IMG/VR virus record: IMGVR_UViG_3300042893_001481
Strand: one strand, 5' to 3'
Length of the DNA stretch: 64,000 nucleotides
DNA from: a virus
Shown piece after piece: positions 10,680-21,590 of the stretch (its first letter is position 1; each line of letters opens with the position of its first letter). The translations under genes and the position numbers were made by a program. The notes under the pieces were generated by a model. It was not told the origin of the DNA and made no database searches. It was given only the letters and a program-made list of their open reading frames with translations.

Positions 10680-11816
10680 TTATATTTCAATATTTTCATA
10701 TAATCTTGAATGATCAATTTGTGATGATGCTCCACACATCATACTACATTTAATACACTTACCATTTTCAAATGTATCATCCCATTTATCTTTAACTTTT
10801 TTATCAAAAAAATCTAAAATATTATCTAAACTATTGGTGTTTAAATTACAATCATAATTAAATATTTCTTTTAATTGTGTATTATATCCACCTAAAGAAT
10901 GTTTATCTAAATCAACCCCAATAAAACAACAAGGTCTTATTTCACCTCTATAACTTAAGAATATTTCAATTTCACCATTAGGTTTTAATGATTTACATTT
11001 TATCTTATAATCTTTAAAAGTTGAATATTCTTTGTAATCTAACCCATTGTATTTAAAATTGTAAATGTCCAAATTAACTTTCTCTGGTATTATTTTAGGG
11101 TTTCCATCATAAACCATAGTTGAATTTGGGTAATCTTTGGATGGTTCGATTAAATATTCTAATGTACCTTCTTTATCATAAACACCCATGGGTATCGTTC
11201 TATTATTTAAGTAGTCTTCAAATCCTGCGGCTCTTTTAAATCTTATAGACCTAAACCCATATTCTTTAGATTTATATTTTGCCAAATATATTTCGTCTTC
11301 ATTGTGACCAAATAATAAAAATTCCCATATCGCATACCCACCATTTTTGGTGTATGTTGTAATGTTTTCAACTAATTTTTCCCACTTAACATTTCTTCTA
11401 TAAATGTGATTTGTTTCCTCCAACCCATCAACACTAAAAATAACTAAGATATTGTCTTTCGCCTTCTTTGATAATTTACCTAATTTTTTCCAAAAGTCAA
11501 CATTTCTTGCACCACCGTTGGTATGAATTTCAATTTTTATATTTTCATTGTTAACATAGAAATATTCAACAATTTCATTCATCTCAATACAATTAGTTGG
11601 GTCACCTAAGTTACCACAAAAATTTATACTACCGATTTTTTGAATGAAATCATAATTAAACCATTTTTTAATGTCATTTAATTTTAACTCACTCAACGTA
11701 ACAGAGGGGTTTAATTTTGTAGAACCCATAACAAATCTAGGACAATTCGGACATGCTGAATTACACTTAGAAGTTAACTCAATATGTAAATGATATTTTT
11801 GTGATTCTACCCACAT
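10680..11816 (-). CDS. Radical SAM protein with C-terminal SPASM/twitch domain
   Basis: CNSACPNC, GNLGDP, FSVDG, C-terminal C...GEIRPCC...CIKCSMMC. Confidence 0.9.
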   Translation of the reverse strand: MWVESQKYHLHIELTSKCNSACPNCPRFVMGSTKLNPSVTLSELKLNDIKKWFNYDFIQKIGSINFCGNLGDPTNCIEMNEIVEYFYVNNENIKIEIHTNGGARNVDFWKKLGKLSKKAKDNILVIFSVDGLEETNHIYRRNVKWEKLVENITTYTKNGGYAIWEFLLFGHNEDEIYLAKYKSKEYGFRSIRFKRAAGFEDYLNNRTIPMGVYDKEGTLEYLIEPSKDYPNSTMVYDGNPKIIPEKVNLDIYNFKYNGLDYKEYSTFKDYKIKCKSLKPNGEIEIFLSYRGEIRPCCFIGVDLDKHSLGGYNTQLKEIFNYDCNLNTNSLDNILDFFDKKVKDKWDDTFENGKCIKCSMMCGASSQIDHSRLYENIEI

Positions 11817-11817
11817 G

Positions 11818-12522
11818 TTATTTTAATTTAAAATGAAAAATTTCACCACCAAAACTGGCTGAGGTTGTATAATTTGTAATAAACTCAAACCCATTTTTTT
11901 CGGCTAACGAAACTATAAAATTTTCTTCCACATGACCATTAACTATTAGTAATAATATATCACCACCTTGAATCATTTTATTTGCAATGTTATCAAAAAA
12001 TTCGATATGTATTTTATAACCATCATCACAACCAATTCTCACATCATCATCCCATTTAGGATATTGTTCCCATGATGTATATTCTGTATTTTTAATCTTG
12101 GATTCTTTCCAACCAGATAAACTAAAATTGTTTGGTGGATTGGCAACTACTAAATCAAATAGATTATTAATTGGTAAATCTTTCACATTATCACTAATAT
12201 ACCCAAAAACGTTATCAGAGATATTATTGTTGATTGCCGTTTCTAAGCAATTTTCAATAGCGGGTTGGTAGATGTCACTAAAATATATGTTTTCACTAAT
12301 TCCATTACCTAATATTTCAAAACCAAGAATACCAAACCCCGCACACCATTCGTATGTGTTTTTATATTTTTTATCTAATATTTTGAATATTTTTCTATAA
12401 CTCTCAATTAGTTCAGTCCCACCCCCATCTAATGTACTTGGATAATTTATAACAATACCATTATCTAGTGTAACACTATAATTTGAATGAAGTCCCGAAT
12501 TTCTAATTTCTTCTAATGTCAT
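11818..12522 (-). CDS. Class I SAM methyltransferase (NPPx type)
   Basis: EWCAGFGILG motif I, FDLVVANPPN motif IV. Confidence 0.8.
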   Translation of the reverse strand: MTLEEIRNSGLHSNYSVTLDNGIVINYPSTLDGGGTELIESYRKIFKILDKKYKNTYEWCAGFGILGFEILGNGISENIYFSDIYQPAIENCLETAINNNISDNVFGYISDNVKDLPINNLFDLVVANPPNNFSLSGWKESKIKNTEYTSWEQYPKWDDDVRIGCDDGYKIHIEFFDNIANKMIQGGDILLLIVNGHVEENFIVSLAEKNGFEFITNYTTSASFGGEIFHFKLK

Positions 12523-12524
12523 TT

Positions 12525-13499
12525 TTATTTATTAAATTCGTCCTTGTTATCGTTATACCAATTGTAAGCTAAAGATAACCCGTCGGTAAGTGATGTTTTA
12601 GCTTCCCAACCTAACTTCTCTTTAATTTTATTTGAATCGATTTTTCTTGTTGGTATCATAGAAGGTTTACCACTAATAAATTCAATTGGTGCATTGTGTT
12701 GTGCAATTGTCTTCATCAAATCTAAAACTTCCAACACCGAATATACTTTATTTGAACCAACATTGTACACTTCAAACATTTCTTTCTCGTTTTCCATGAT
12801 AATTTGTAAAGCGTCCACAAAATCACTAACGTATAATAAATCTCTTAATTCACTACCATCACCCCAAACAGGTATCGGGTCCATTTTATCTGCAACTTTA
12901 CGAATTGTTGCTGGAGTTACGTGACATTTATTAAAATCATACTTATCGTGAGGACCAAACAAATTAGCAGGTCTAATAACCGTACACTTCATTTTTCGTG
13001 GTAAGTATTTTGCATAGAGTTCACATTGAACCTCAGCATAACGTTTCATCCAACCAACAGGGAAATAAACAGGATAAGGTTCATCAAATAAGAAATCAGT
13101 TTCAACAACTGGTTCATCACCTTTTGGTGGATATACAGTGTTTGATGATATAAATATATAATGTTCAACACCACTTCTCCACGATGTATCAATTAAAAAA
13201 TTATTCATTGCAACATTAGGTGTAACATGGGCTAATGGGTCAACAACAGTATCAACAGCATTTGATGTTGAAGCTGCTGCGTGAAATACTACATTCACAC
13301 CTTCAGTTGCCTCTCTACATCCTTGATATGTTTGTAAATCGTGATGAGTATATTCAACCCCATCGTATTCAGTTCTAACACCTCTTACATGTAGATTTAC
13401 CCTTAAATTAGTATAACCTTCTTTGATTAATTTTTCGGTTAAATTTTGACCCACTAATCCCGAACCGCCGGTAATTAAAATTTTAATGTCTTTGTTCAT
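12525..13499 (-). CDS. NAD-dependent epimerase/dehydratase, GDP-fucose synthase-like
   Basis: ITGGSGLVG, RPANLFGPHD, VWGDGSELRDLLYV. Confidence 0.85.
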   Translation of the reverse strand: MNKDIKILITGGSGLVGQNLTEKLIKEGYTNLRVNLHVRGVRTEYDGVEYTHHDLQTYQGCREATEGVNVVFHAAASTSNAVDTVVDPLAHVTPNVAMNNFLIDTSWRSGVEHYIFISSNTVYPPKGDEPVVETDFLFDEPYPVYFPVGWMKRYAEVQCELYAKYLPRKMKCTVIRPANLFGPHDKYDFNKCHVTPATIRKVADKMDPIPVWGDGSELRDLLYVSDFVDALQIIMENEKEMFEVYNVGSNKVYSVLEVLDLMKTIAQHNAPIEFISGKPSMIPTRKIDSNKIKEKLGWEAKTSLTDGLSLAYNWYNDNKDEFNK

Positions 13500-13517
13500 T
13501 TTTTTTAAATTTATTTC

Positions 13518-14249
13518 TTATATATTTTTATTTCTTTGTTTAAATTCTTCACCTTGTTTAAGGTTAAAAAAGTTAATAAACGCATATCTTTTAAAACCAT
13601 TTTTAACCATGTTTACCTCATGATAAATGTCACTTTCAGAAAAATCTAATAAACTAAATGTACCTAAAATTGGTTTAATTGTGTATTCTTTATCTGAATT
13701 AGTTTTAATAACTAATTCCCCACCACCATCATTATTATATTCCGATTCTGAAGAAAGGTAGATAATTATTACACACACCCGACCAGGATTATTCCCATCT
13801 TTATGGTCTTGAATAAAATGTCCATCTTCATACAATGTAAATGAACCACTTGAACCATAATTAATTTCGTAATTGGGATAAAAGTGGTTTAGAATTTTTT
13901 TACTGGTTTCACCAAAAAAACTATGATAGTTCTTTTCATTAGGTTTTTGATTAATCACATATTCAAACCATTTTTGAAAGGCAACTAAATTATTATCTTT
14001 CACATATGAATCTCTTGATTCCACCTCTTTTAAAGGTATTTTATGTTCGTAGGTGTTTCCCTCACCATTAATCATATAACGACAATGTAATTCCGTATCT
14101 CTATTTACTACAGAAAATTCTTTTACCTTTTCAATTACCGATAACATTTCATTGTATTCGTCATCATTAATAAAATCCATTATGTTACCTACATAGGCAC
14201 CTTCATCTAAAAAATCACTTGGTTGTATTGGTGTAGAATTCATATACAT
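13518..14249 (-). CDS. 2OG-Fe(II) oxygenase
   Basis: HKD...GGGEL...YHEV...R. Confidence 0.8.
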   Translation of the reverse strand: MYMNSTPIQPSDFLDEGAYVGNIMDFINDDEYNEMLSVIEKVKEFSVVNRDTELHCRYMINGEGNTYEHKIPLKEVESRDSYVKDNNLVAFQKWFEYVINQKPNEKNYHSFFGETSKKILNHFYPNYEINYGSSGSFTLYEDGHFIQDHKDGNNPGRVCVIIIYLSSESEYNNDGGGELVIKTNSDKEYTIKPILGTFSLLDFSESDIYHEVNMVKNGFKRYAFINFFNLKQGEEFKQRNKNI

Positions 14250-15147
14250 TTTTTAAAGCTTGTTCGAATGGTATTTCAGGTAAAACACCATATTTTATTT
14301 GTTTTGTTGTATCCATTAGTCTTTTTAAATCTCCGTTTGGTTTTGAGGAATCCCATTTTACATTGATTTCTTTTCCACTAATTTCTATTATTTTATTAAC
14401 GATTTCTTTAATGGTAATTTCAATACCCGAACCCAAATTGACTACATCGTTGACTTCATCTTGATAAATTTTTATCAATCCATTTGCAACATCACCTGCA
14501 TAAACAAAATCACGAATAGGTGAACCATCACCCCACGCCTCAATCTCACCATTTGAATCAACAACCTTTTTAATTGTTGAAGCAATCACAGTACCATTTC
14601 CACTAAAATCATCATACTCACCAAATATGTTAGCTGGTCTAACAATCGACCATTTCTTATAACCATATTGTACACCATAAGCCTCTAACAATAATTCACC
14701 CATTCTTTTACTCCAAGAAGGGAACCAATCAGCTTGACCTGGCAGAGTTTCCCATACACTATTTTCTACAAATTTTTCAGCTGGTGCATATACACCGACT
14801 GAACTTACAAATACCAACCATGTATTAGACATTGCACATTGATTGATGATTTCAGTGTTAATTTTAAACGAAGGATAAAGGAAATCCACAGGTTTAGTTT
14901 TAGCCCTCATAGGAGAACCTTTAACACCAAATGTATTAAACACAACATCAAATGTGTTATTAGAAAATAAATCCTCAACACTATTTGGTGAGGTTAAATC
15001 CTTTTTAATAAAACGCCACCCATCCATAGGTAGAAATTCGTTTCTATATAAATCGGTACCGACAACATCGTAACCCAAGTCAATACATTTTTTTATTAAG
15101 TGGGTACCGACTAAACCACTACAACCTGTTATTAATGCTTTTTTCAT
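14215..15147 (-). CDS. NAD-dependent epimerase/dehydratase
   Basis: ITGCSGLVG, SSVGVY, RPANIFG, WGDGSPIRDFVY. Confidence 0.85.
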   Translation of the reverse strand: MKKALITGCSGLVGTHLIKKCIDLGYDVVGTDLYRNEFLPMDGWRFIKKDLTSPNSVEDLFSNNTFDVVFNTFGVKGSPMRAKTKPVDFLYPSFKINTEIINQCAMSNTWLVFVSSVGVYAPAEKFVENSVWETLPGQADWFPSWSKRMGELLLEAYGVQYGYKKWSIVRPANIFGEYDDFSGNGTVIASTIKKVVDSNGEIEAWGDGSPIRDFVYAGDVANGLIKIYQDEVNDVVNLGSGIEITIKEIVNKIIEISGKEINVKWDSSKPNGDLKRLMDTTKQIKYGVLPEIPFEQALKNVYEFYTNTTK

Positions 15148-17829
15148 TTAAATTAAATTTCTTTTTATAGGGATAGTTTTTTCTAATATATCCTCAATTA
15201 ATTTTTTATTTTCAACCTCTTCCTTGTTTATGGGTTCAAGTTTCATTTCTTCATGTCTTCGTAATTGTTTTTCATAAAAATCATCTTCAAAATCTTCATT
15301 TACCCTTCTAACACCAGTTTGAAATTCGTAATCATAAAGACCTGATAATTTTTTAACAAAATCCTTATCAGCAGTATCATGAGTTAATTTTTTTGCCAAT
15401 AAATTATTTTTAATAAATCTTTCTTTGTTGTTTTTATAAAACTCAATAAAGAAATCTTTATTTTCATGTATTCTTTTTATCTCTTTAACAAATTTAACTA
15501 ACCTGTCAGAATGGTTTAGTTCTAAATCATAACTGTGATCAATCACATCATCAAAGAAATCAAACCCATATCTTTTTCTAACCGCTTTAATATGTTTTGG
15601 TGATGCTAATATTAAAGGAAATTGATAAGTTACGAAAGGTTTAAATGATTTTTCCGAAATGTGTATTGTGTTAGAACTATATTCAGATTCGGTTACAATA
15701 TTAAAATACGATTCCATATAAGTTGGTTCAGTATATGTGTCCCCCCAATAAACACCATCAGGATTTTCTCTATTATCAAACCAATCCTTATCTTCTTCAT
15801 ACATACATTTTTTCATGTCAACACTATGAAGATATTGAATTTCTGGTAGTAATTCTTTTAAATCCCAAACATCAAAAATATCCCTATACCAATTTACTAT
15901 TTCAAAATTGAATGCTTCATATCCACTAACTAATGACCAATCAACATCATCTAAAATACCTTCTTTTTTTAATAGTGCCAACAATCCGTATCTATGTGGT
16001 CTAACTCTTCTATTATGACATACAAACATTTTACCAACCTTATCTTCTTTGTACCTTAAATTGGGCATACAATGAGTCATTGCTATGTAGATATGTGTAC
16101 TTACTTTAGAGGTTGCAAAAACATTTATATCACTGTTTAATTTTTCTTTATAACTTGGTAAATCAATATTATTGTTTACCATATAAATTTGTTTCCCATT
16201 TATCCCATTTAACTTTAACCAATAATGTAATGCTTTAAATGAATGATAATGTTCATACTCTTGTTCATTACCAAATATTACATAAAAATTTGGATTTCTT
16301 TTCAGACAATCAATAACCTCTTGCGACATTGGTGAATTGTTTTCTGAAATTCTTATAAAAGTTTGACCTGGGGTGTGAGTTATAAAAAAGTAAAACTTTT
16401 TATTTGGATGGTTGTCCACATCACGTAAAGGAAATCTCCTAATATATTGTTCTGGAAAACCCAAAGACCTGACAAAAGAATCCCTTTCTTGTAAAAAGCT
16501 TTCATAAAAAATATCTCTACAATTCATTTGAATAGGTTCTTGTTTCTCCTCATCCCATGTGTCGTATACTAAATTCAAATAAACATTTGATGGAACTTTT
16601 GTTTGACTTAGTTTAAGGAAAAAATCGTGGTCATATTGATTTGTGTAATTAGTCAAATATTCTTGATTTTTTATAAATCTTTCTTTATTTGATTTATAAA
16701 AATTAATATAATAATCTTTATTGTTATTTATATTTTTAACCTGTTCAAAAAACGCCATCAATCTATCTCTATCGTTTTCTATATCATCATAACTGTGGTC
16801 TAAAATGTCATCAAAGAAATCTAAACCAGGGTATGCATTTCTGAAATATTTAATGTGATGATACGACCCTAAAATAAGAGGGAATTGATAATAGAAAAAT
16901 GGTTTAAAAGATTTCTCAGTTATATGAATATCGTCACCAATAAAATTAGTTTCGGTTGTTATGTTAAAGTATGAATTTTCAAAAGTCTTAGGTTCGTTTG
17001 GTAAGTCCTGAGCGTTTCTATTATCTAACCCCCCATACTCTAATTCATAATTACCTTTTTTAATTTCAAGAGATGTAAAATAAGCAATTTCGTTATTTAA
17101 ATTTAATACATCATCTAAACTAAAGATTTCTTTAAAAAGATATTTTCTATCGTTGAAATCCCAACCACACACTAACGACCAATTTGTGTCATCTAAAATG
17201 TTGTATTTTTTTAGTAAACATAAAATTGCATACCTATGAATTCTTGGGGAACGATTCATACATAGAAAAAACGAACCAGGTTCTTTATCCTCCACAAAAT
17301 CAATATTCAAATTCATCTTTAATGCGGTAGCCATTGAACGAGTTGCGTGAACATTAATCTGTGAATTTAATTCAATTTTATGTTCAGGTAGTTTTTCACC
17401 ATTATGTATAAACCAAACTTTTTTTGGATTTAGATTTAAAGATTCAACAATCCTATCCAATCTTTCTAATGCTTGTTTTTTTTCAAATTCACATTCGTTC
17501 ATTATTATTAAAAACAGATTGTCATATTTTTTAACTTTTTCAATAACGTCTAAATCAACTGGTAAAATACCATCAGCAAAAAACCTATTATTATAACAAT
17601 TGATATTCCATACATGATAGAAAAAAACTTCCTCAGGATATTTTTCAACATCCTCAATTCTTCTGTTGTTAATCTTAACATCAGCAAAAACCTTCATTGG
17701 GTTTGTAGAAAGGCGCCAAGTGATACCTTCAATATCATCTTGATGATCATAAGTCTTTAACCTATTAGGTTTAGGGACGTTGTTTTCTTCATCCCAAACA
17801 TCATAAACAAAATTTAAAATACAATCCAT
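15148..17829 (-). CDS. Large protein with two tandem glycosyltransferase-like domains
   Basis: Internal duplication: LN.VYD.WDEE, NR..R.HRY, SYFNI.TE, I(T/S)EKSFKPF..YQFPLIL and FDD..DHSYD each occur twice. The TE...TEK motif is GT10-like. Start taken at MDCIL. Confidence 0.55.
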   Translation of the reverse strand: MDCILNFVYDVWDEENNVPKPNRLKTYDHQDDIEGITWRLSTNPMKVFADVKINNRRIEDVEKYPEEVFFYHVWNINCYNNRFFADGILPVDLDVIEKVKKYDNLFLIIMNECEFEKKQALERLDRIVESLNLNPKKVWFIHNGEKLPEHKIELNSQINVHATRSMATALKMNLNIDFVEDKEPGSFFLCMNRSPRIHRYAILCLLKKYNILDDTNWSLVCGWDFNDRKYLFKEIFSLDDVLNLNNEIAYFTSLEIKKGNYELEYGGLDNRNAQDLPNEPKTFENSYFNITTETNFIGDDIHITEKSFKPFFYYQFPLILGSYHHIKYFRNAYPGLDFFDDILDHSYDDIENDRDRLMAFFEQVKNINNNKDYYINFYKSNKERFIKNQEYLTNYTNQYDHDFFLKLSQTKVPSNVYLNLVYDTWDEEKQEPIQMNCRDIFYESFLQERDSFVRSLGFPEQYIRRFPLRDVDNHPNKKFYFFITHTPGQTFIRISENNSPMSQEVIDCLKRNPNFYVIFGNEQEYEHYHSFKALHYWLKLNGINGKQIYMVNNNIDLPSYKEKLNSDINVFATSKVSTHIYIAMTHCMPNLRYKEDKVGKMFVCHNRRVRPHRYGLLALLKKEGILDDVDWSLVSGYEAFNFEIVNWYRDIFDVWDLKELLPEIQYLHSVDMKKCMYEEDKDWFDNRENPDGVYWGDTYTEPTYMESYFNIVTESEYSSNTIHISEKSFKPFVTYQFPLILASPKHIKAVRKRYGFDFFDDVIDHSYDLELNHSDRLVKFVKEIKRIHENKDFFIEFYKNNKERFIKNNLLAKKLTHDTADKDFVKKLSGLYDYEFQTGVRRVNEDFEDDFYEKQLRRHEEMKLEPINKEEVENKKLIEDILEKTIPIKRNLI

Positions 17830-18446
17830 TTTCCTGTTCCGTAATGCGGCCATTCTTTTTTATACTCATACCAAATAACGTCATTCGGTATTTCTCTTTT
17901 TATTCCGTTCCATGTTTCTTCTGTTGGTGTGTTTGTTGATACACCATTATCCTCAACTACAAAACGTATGGGTAAATTATAACGTTGTGCGTATTTGTGC
18001 ATTTCATAGAAACCACCAGTTTCAAATGCCATGTCACCAATAAAACACCACACCACATCATCCTTACCATCTCTTTTATTTGCCATTGCCACACCGGTTG
18101 CAATCGGTATAATTGCACCAACGATAGCGGAAGCGTAAAATCTATACTCTTCACTAAGAATTGTGATTGAACGTCCCTCTAAAATTTCTTGTTCTAACCA
18201 TTCTGAAGGTACTCCTTTAATTAGTGCATGGTAATGAGATCTCCACGTACTAAACACCCAATCGGTAGGTTTTATTCTTTTACCGATTTCAATTAATTGT
18301 TCTTCATTACCACCACTTAAATGTACTGGACCTTTTATTCTTCCAGCCTCCCAATGATCTGCAATTGTCTTCTCAAAACCACTTAAACCATGTTTATCCC
18401 AAAGAACTTCATTTACAATGGGATATTGTTCTAAATTTTTTATCAT
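17814..18446 (-). CDS. TPP-dependent enzyme alpha subunit (pyruvate dehydrogenase E1-alpha-like)
   Basis: HLSGGNE, STWRSHYH, TPP motif GD.AFETG...EDN. Confidence 0.85.
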   Translation of the reverse strand: MIKNLEQYPIVNEVLWDKHGLSGFEKTIADHWEAGRIKGPVHLSGGNEEQLIEIGKRIKPTDWVFSTWRSHYHALIKGVPSEWLEQEILEGRSITILSEEYRFYASAIVGAIIPIATGVAMANKRDGKDDVVWCFIGDMAFETGGFYEMHKYAQRYNLPIRFVVEDNGVSTNTPTEETWNGIKREIPNDVIWYEYKKEWPHYGTGKWIVF

Positions 18447-18988
18447 CTGTCTCGTTTTTGTAATATTGGATTATTTGTTGGCCATTCCATTTGATATTCG
18501 GGGTCATTCCATTTAACAACACCTTGTTCATTTGCATCCACATAACCATCTTTATAAAATAAGTTATAATGGAACATACAATCTGTTAACGCATAATGAC
18601 CATTGGCAAATCCCGGAGGTACCAATACTTGATTTCTATCTTTCTCGGTAATCATAAAGGATTCCCATTCACCAAAGGTATCTGATTTTGGTCTCATATC
18701 TAAAACAATTAGATAAATGTCACCAACGGCAGCCTGAACCAACTTCCAAGTTTTATTGTCATAATGTAATCCTCTTAATACTCCTTTGTAAGATTTGGAA
18801 AATCTACCGTGAATACTAATTTCAGATTTTTCATAATGAATATGTTTCATTACTGGATGTTCTTCACTATGAAATGTTGTAAAGATTTCACCTCTATATT
18901 CTCGATAAATTGAAGGTGTAAAGATAGGTACTTCGTACCCGAATTTTTTTGATGGAGTTTCTATGAACTCATCCCATTTATTACTCAT
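18443..18988 (-). CDS. rfbC: dTDP-4-dehydrorhamnose 3,5-epimerase family
   Basis: GVLRGLHY, DMRP.S.TFG.W, VPPGFANGH, WNDP...WP. Confidence 0.85.
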   Translation of the reverse strand: MSNKWDEFIETPSKKFGYEVPIFTPSIYREYRGEIFTTFHSEEHPVMKHIHYEKSEISIHGRFSKSYKGVLRGLHYDNKTWKLVQAAVGDIYLIVLDMRPKSDTFGEWESFMITEKDRNQVLVPPGFANGHYALTDCMFHYNLFYKDGYVDANEQGVVKWNDPEYQMEWPTNNPILQKRDR

Positions 18989-18989
18989 A

Positions 18990-19961
18990 TTATGTTTGAT
19001 TTGCGTATCCTAAAGGAAAACCATTTCTAAATTCGGCACCCATTTTAGGTACAATCATTTGATATGCCATTATTAATTCTTTTATACCCATGTCTAAATC
19101 CCATTCAGGTTTCCATCCTGTAGATTCAACTTTTTCATTTGATACCACGTAGTCACGTTTATCTGGGTCCTCATAGTAATCATTATATGACACCGCAAAA
19201 TTCTTAACATGACTTTGTATCTTTTCAAGTAACGCTTGTTTACTTAAATTTGCACTACTTAATCCAACGTTAAAAACTTCACCCCTATGTTGTTCATAAT
19301 TTTCTAACATAAAAAGAAAGACATTTGCAACATCTTGAATGTGAATGAAATTTCTTTTAAATGTTTTTTCAAAAACTACAATATATTTGTCGGTGATTGC
19401 TTTAAATGTAAAATCATTAACTAATAAGTCCGTTCTCATACGAGGAGAAACGCCAAAAACCGTAGCCAATCTGAATATAATAGCATCAGTATTCGATTTA
19501 AGATAATTTTCGGCAGCAACTTTAGTTGAACCATATATTGAAATTGGGTTTAATGAGGATTCTTCAGTACACATTGTTTGACCCACCCCTATACCATAAC
19601 CACTATTGGTATTTGGATATAATATTTTTTTATTCTTATTTTTTGTAAATTTAACGATGTTAAAAATTTGTTGGAAATTAATTTGTTTCGCTAATTCTGG
19701 TTCAGCGTCACATGCTGGAAACCCAACAATTGCAGCCAAAGGGATTATGACATCCGATTCGTTACATAGTTTTTCCAGCAAGACTTCATTTCTTACATCG
19801 CCATGTATGAATTTAAATTTAGGATTAGATGTGTGAGATAGTAACGAAACTTGATTAAAAATTAATTTGTCAAGTACAGTAACCTCATGATTGGCATTTA
19901 ATAGTTTGCCCGTGATAACAGAACCCAAATATCCCGCTCCACCTGTTATTAGTATTTTCAT
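18990..19961 (-). CDS. NAD-dependent epimerase/dehydratase
   Basis: ITGGAGYLG, YGSTK, RLATVFGVSPRMR.DLLVN. Confidence 0.9.
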   Translation of the reverse strand: MKILITGGAGYLGSVITGKLLNANHEVTVLDKLIFNQVSLLSHTSNPKFKFIHGDVRNEVLLEKLCNESDVIIPLAAIVGFPACDAEPELAKQINFQQIFNIVKFTKNKNKKILYPNTNSGYGIGVGQTMCTEESSLNPISIYGSTKVAAENYLKSNTDAIIFRLATVFGVSPRMRTDLLVNDFTFKAITDKYIVVFEKTFKRNFIHIQDVANVFLFMLENYEQHRGEVFNVGLSSANLSKQALLEKIQSHVKNFAVSYNDYYEDPDKRDYVVSNEKVESTGWKPEWDLDMGIKELIMAYQMIVPKMGAEFRNGFPLGYANQT

Positions 19962-20000
19962 ATGATAAGTATAAGTAAAATTTGTTAAGAATGGTATTAA

Positions 20001-20762
20001 TTATGTGTTTTTATTAAAAAAATATTCATACAAAATTTCAGATATTTTTTTATGACCCTCTAAACTTGGATGAGCACATTTCAAATAATCAATCCCCATT
20101 TTATCGTTAATTAAAAGTAAATCAAAATGTTTTTTTATGTAAGATTCGGTTTCAGGAGTATAATAATGGTGAAAATTCTCCTCTGACCAAAAAAAGTACT
20201 TTTTAACTCCAAATTTTTCTAAAATATTTTGCATCGTATTCAATACGAATAATGTATCGTAACAATCTTGAATTATACCATTTTGATATATTGATAAAAA
20301 TCTATCTGTAAATTCGGTCTCCTTCTTTAATAAATCTAATTCATAATTGTCAAACCCCATCTCATTTCTACCCACTTTCACTTGTTTCCAATTTTCTTGA
20401 AGATTTTTAACTTCATTATTGTTTTTACCTAATAAAATATTGCAACCATTAGAACCAGATTCGGAATAAGATTCGTAATATTCAAACCTATTGTTATTAG
20501 TAAATTGTATACCAACTATTATATCTTTATAATCATGTTCAGTTTGACTTAAAAAATCAAAAGTTGTTCGTAATATTCTGTGATTACTACCACACATTCT
20601 ACCATGATTTATTATTTTTTCCACACCAAGATTATCACCCAAATGTTTAGGCCAAGTATGTTCTTTAATAAAATCGGCCTGACTAGGTAAATTATTGGGG
20701 TTTACATATTCTTCTAGTCCACCACCAGCGGTAAAACTACATCCATTTGTGTATAGTATCAT
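20001..20762 (-). CDS. SGNH-like protein
   Basis: TNGCSFTAG, CGSN.RI, AHPSLEGH. Confidence 0.7.
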   Translation of the reverse strand: MILYTNGCSFTAGGGLEEYVNPNNLPSQADFIKEHTWPKHLGDNLGVEKIINHGRMCGSNHRILRTTFDFLSQTEHDYKDIIVGIQFTNNNRFEYYESYSESGSNGCNILLGKNNNEVKNLQENWKQVKVGRNEMGFDNYELDLLKKETEFTDRFLSIYQNGIIQDCYDTLFVLNTMQNILEKFGVKKYFFWSEENFHHYYTPETESYIKKHFDLLLINDKMGIDYLKCAHPSLEGHKKISEILYEYFFNKNT

Positions 20763-20771
20763 ATATTAAAA

Positions 20772-21590
20772 TTAAGGCCCAACAAAAGATTGTAAAGCGA
20801 ATCTTCTAAAGTTATTTTTAACCATTTCTATGGAGTGACCCACATTATACTTGGTAAAATCCATTATGGCGTAATTCCCATAAACAGGTAAACATTTTTG
20901 AAATGGTTCTTCAAATTCAAGAACTTGATTGGTGTTTGTTTTTATCTTGTGACCTAAAAAAAGTTCACCACCATCACCTTCTTGATATGTATTTGGGTCG
21001 GCAAAATACATGATAAGTACACAAGCTCTTCCTGGATTAATACCATCAAAATGAACCTCCGAAAAATCTCCATCATCATAAACACTATAACCTGTTGCAA
21101 GTCTAAAAGTTTCCTTTTTTTCCATTAATTCAGGATATATGAGAGATGTGTGTTCTCTAACTACACTTTCAAAAAATTGGTGCATTTCACGAACCTCATT
21201 TTGTTTTACCTCATCATAGTTAAAATTTTCAAATTTTAATCTAGCCCATTGTTGTGTTGTTCTTATATCACCACCCCCATTAATCACTTTCTTTACAAAG
21301 TCTTTCCTATTTTGAGATCTTGTATATGGAATTTCTTGTAATTTTTCCTCATCGGTTGGAGTTGGACCAACGTAATTGGGTAAGTTCAGATAATTTTCAG
21401 GATTATTTTGTCCCATATAGTTGTGTCTGTAACAATAGTGTTTATCTTTTTCTATCGAAGTATTTTTAAAAACCTCACTCCATTTTAAAAAATCTTCTTC
21501 TTTAATACCAGTTAAGTCATTAAAAAATTCATTAAAATGACCAATATGGTAACCATTTACCGTTAAATTTTCAATTATCTTTTCGTACAT
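20772..21590 (-). CDS. 2OG-Fe(II) oxygenase, paralog of 13518-14249
   Basis: HFDG.NPGR.CV, GGEL, GHSI...R. Confidence 0.75.
   Translation of the reverse strand: MYEKIIENLTVNGYHIGHFNEFFNDLTGIKEEDFLKWSEVFKNTSIEKDKHYCYRHNYMGQNNPENYLNLPNYVGPTPTDEEKLQEIPYTRSQNRKDFVKKVINGGGDIRTTQQWARLKFENFNYDEVKQNEVREMHQFFESVVREHTSLIYPELMEKKETFRLATGYSVYDDGDFSEVHFDGINPGRACVLIMYFADPNTYQEGDGGELFLGHKIKTNTNQVLEFEEPFQKCLPVYGNYAIMDFTKYNVGHSIEMVKNNFRRFALQSFVGP

Noticed and set aside
9168-18446. Pyruvate dehydrogenase as a central-metabolism auxiliary gene
   Set aside because: Subunits are truncated, E2/E3 are absent from the window, and the context is NDP-sugar synthesis.
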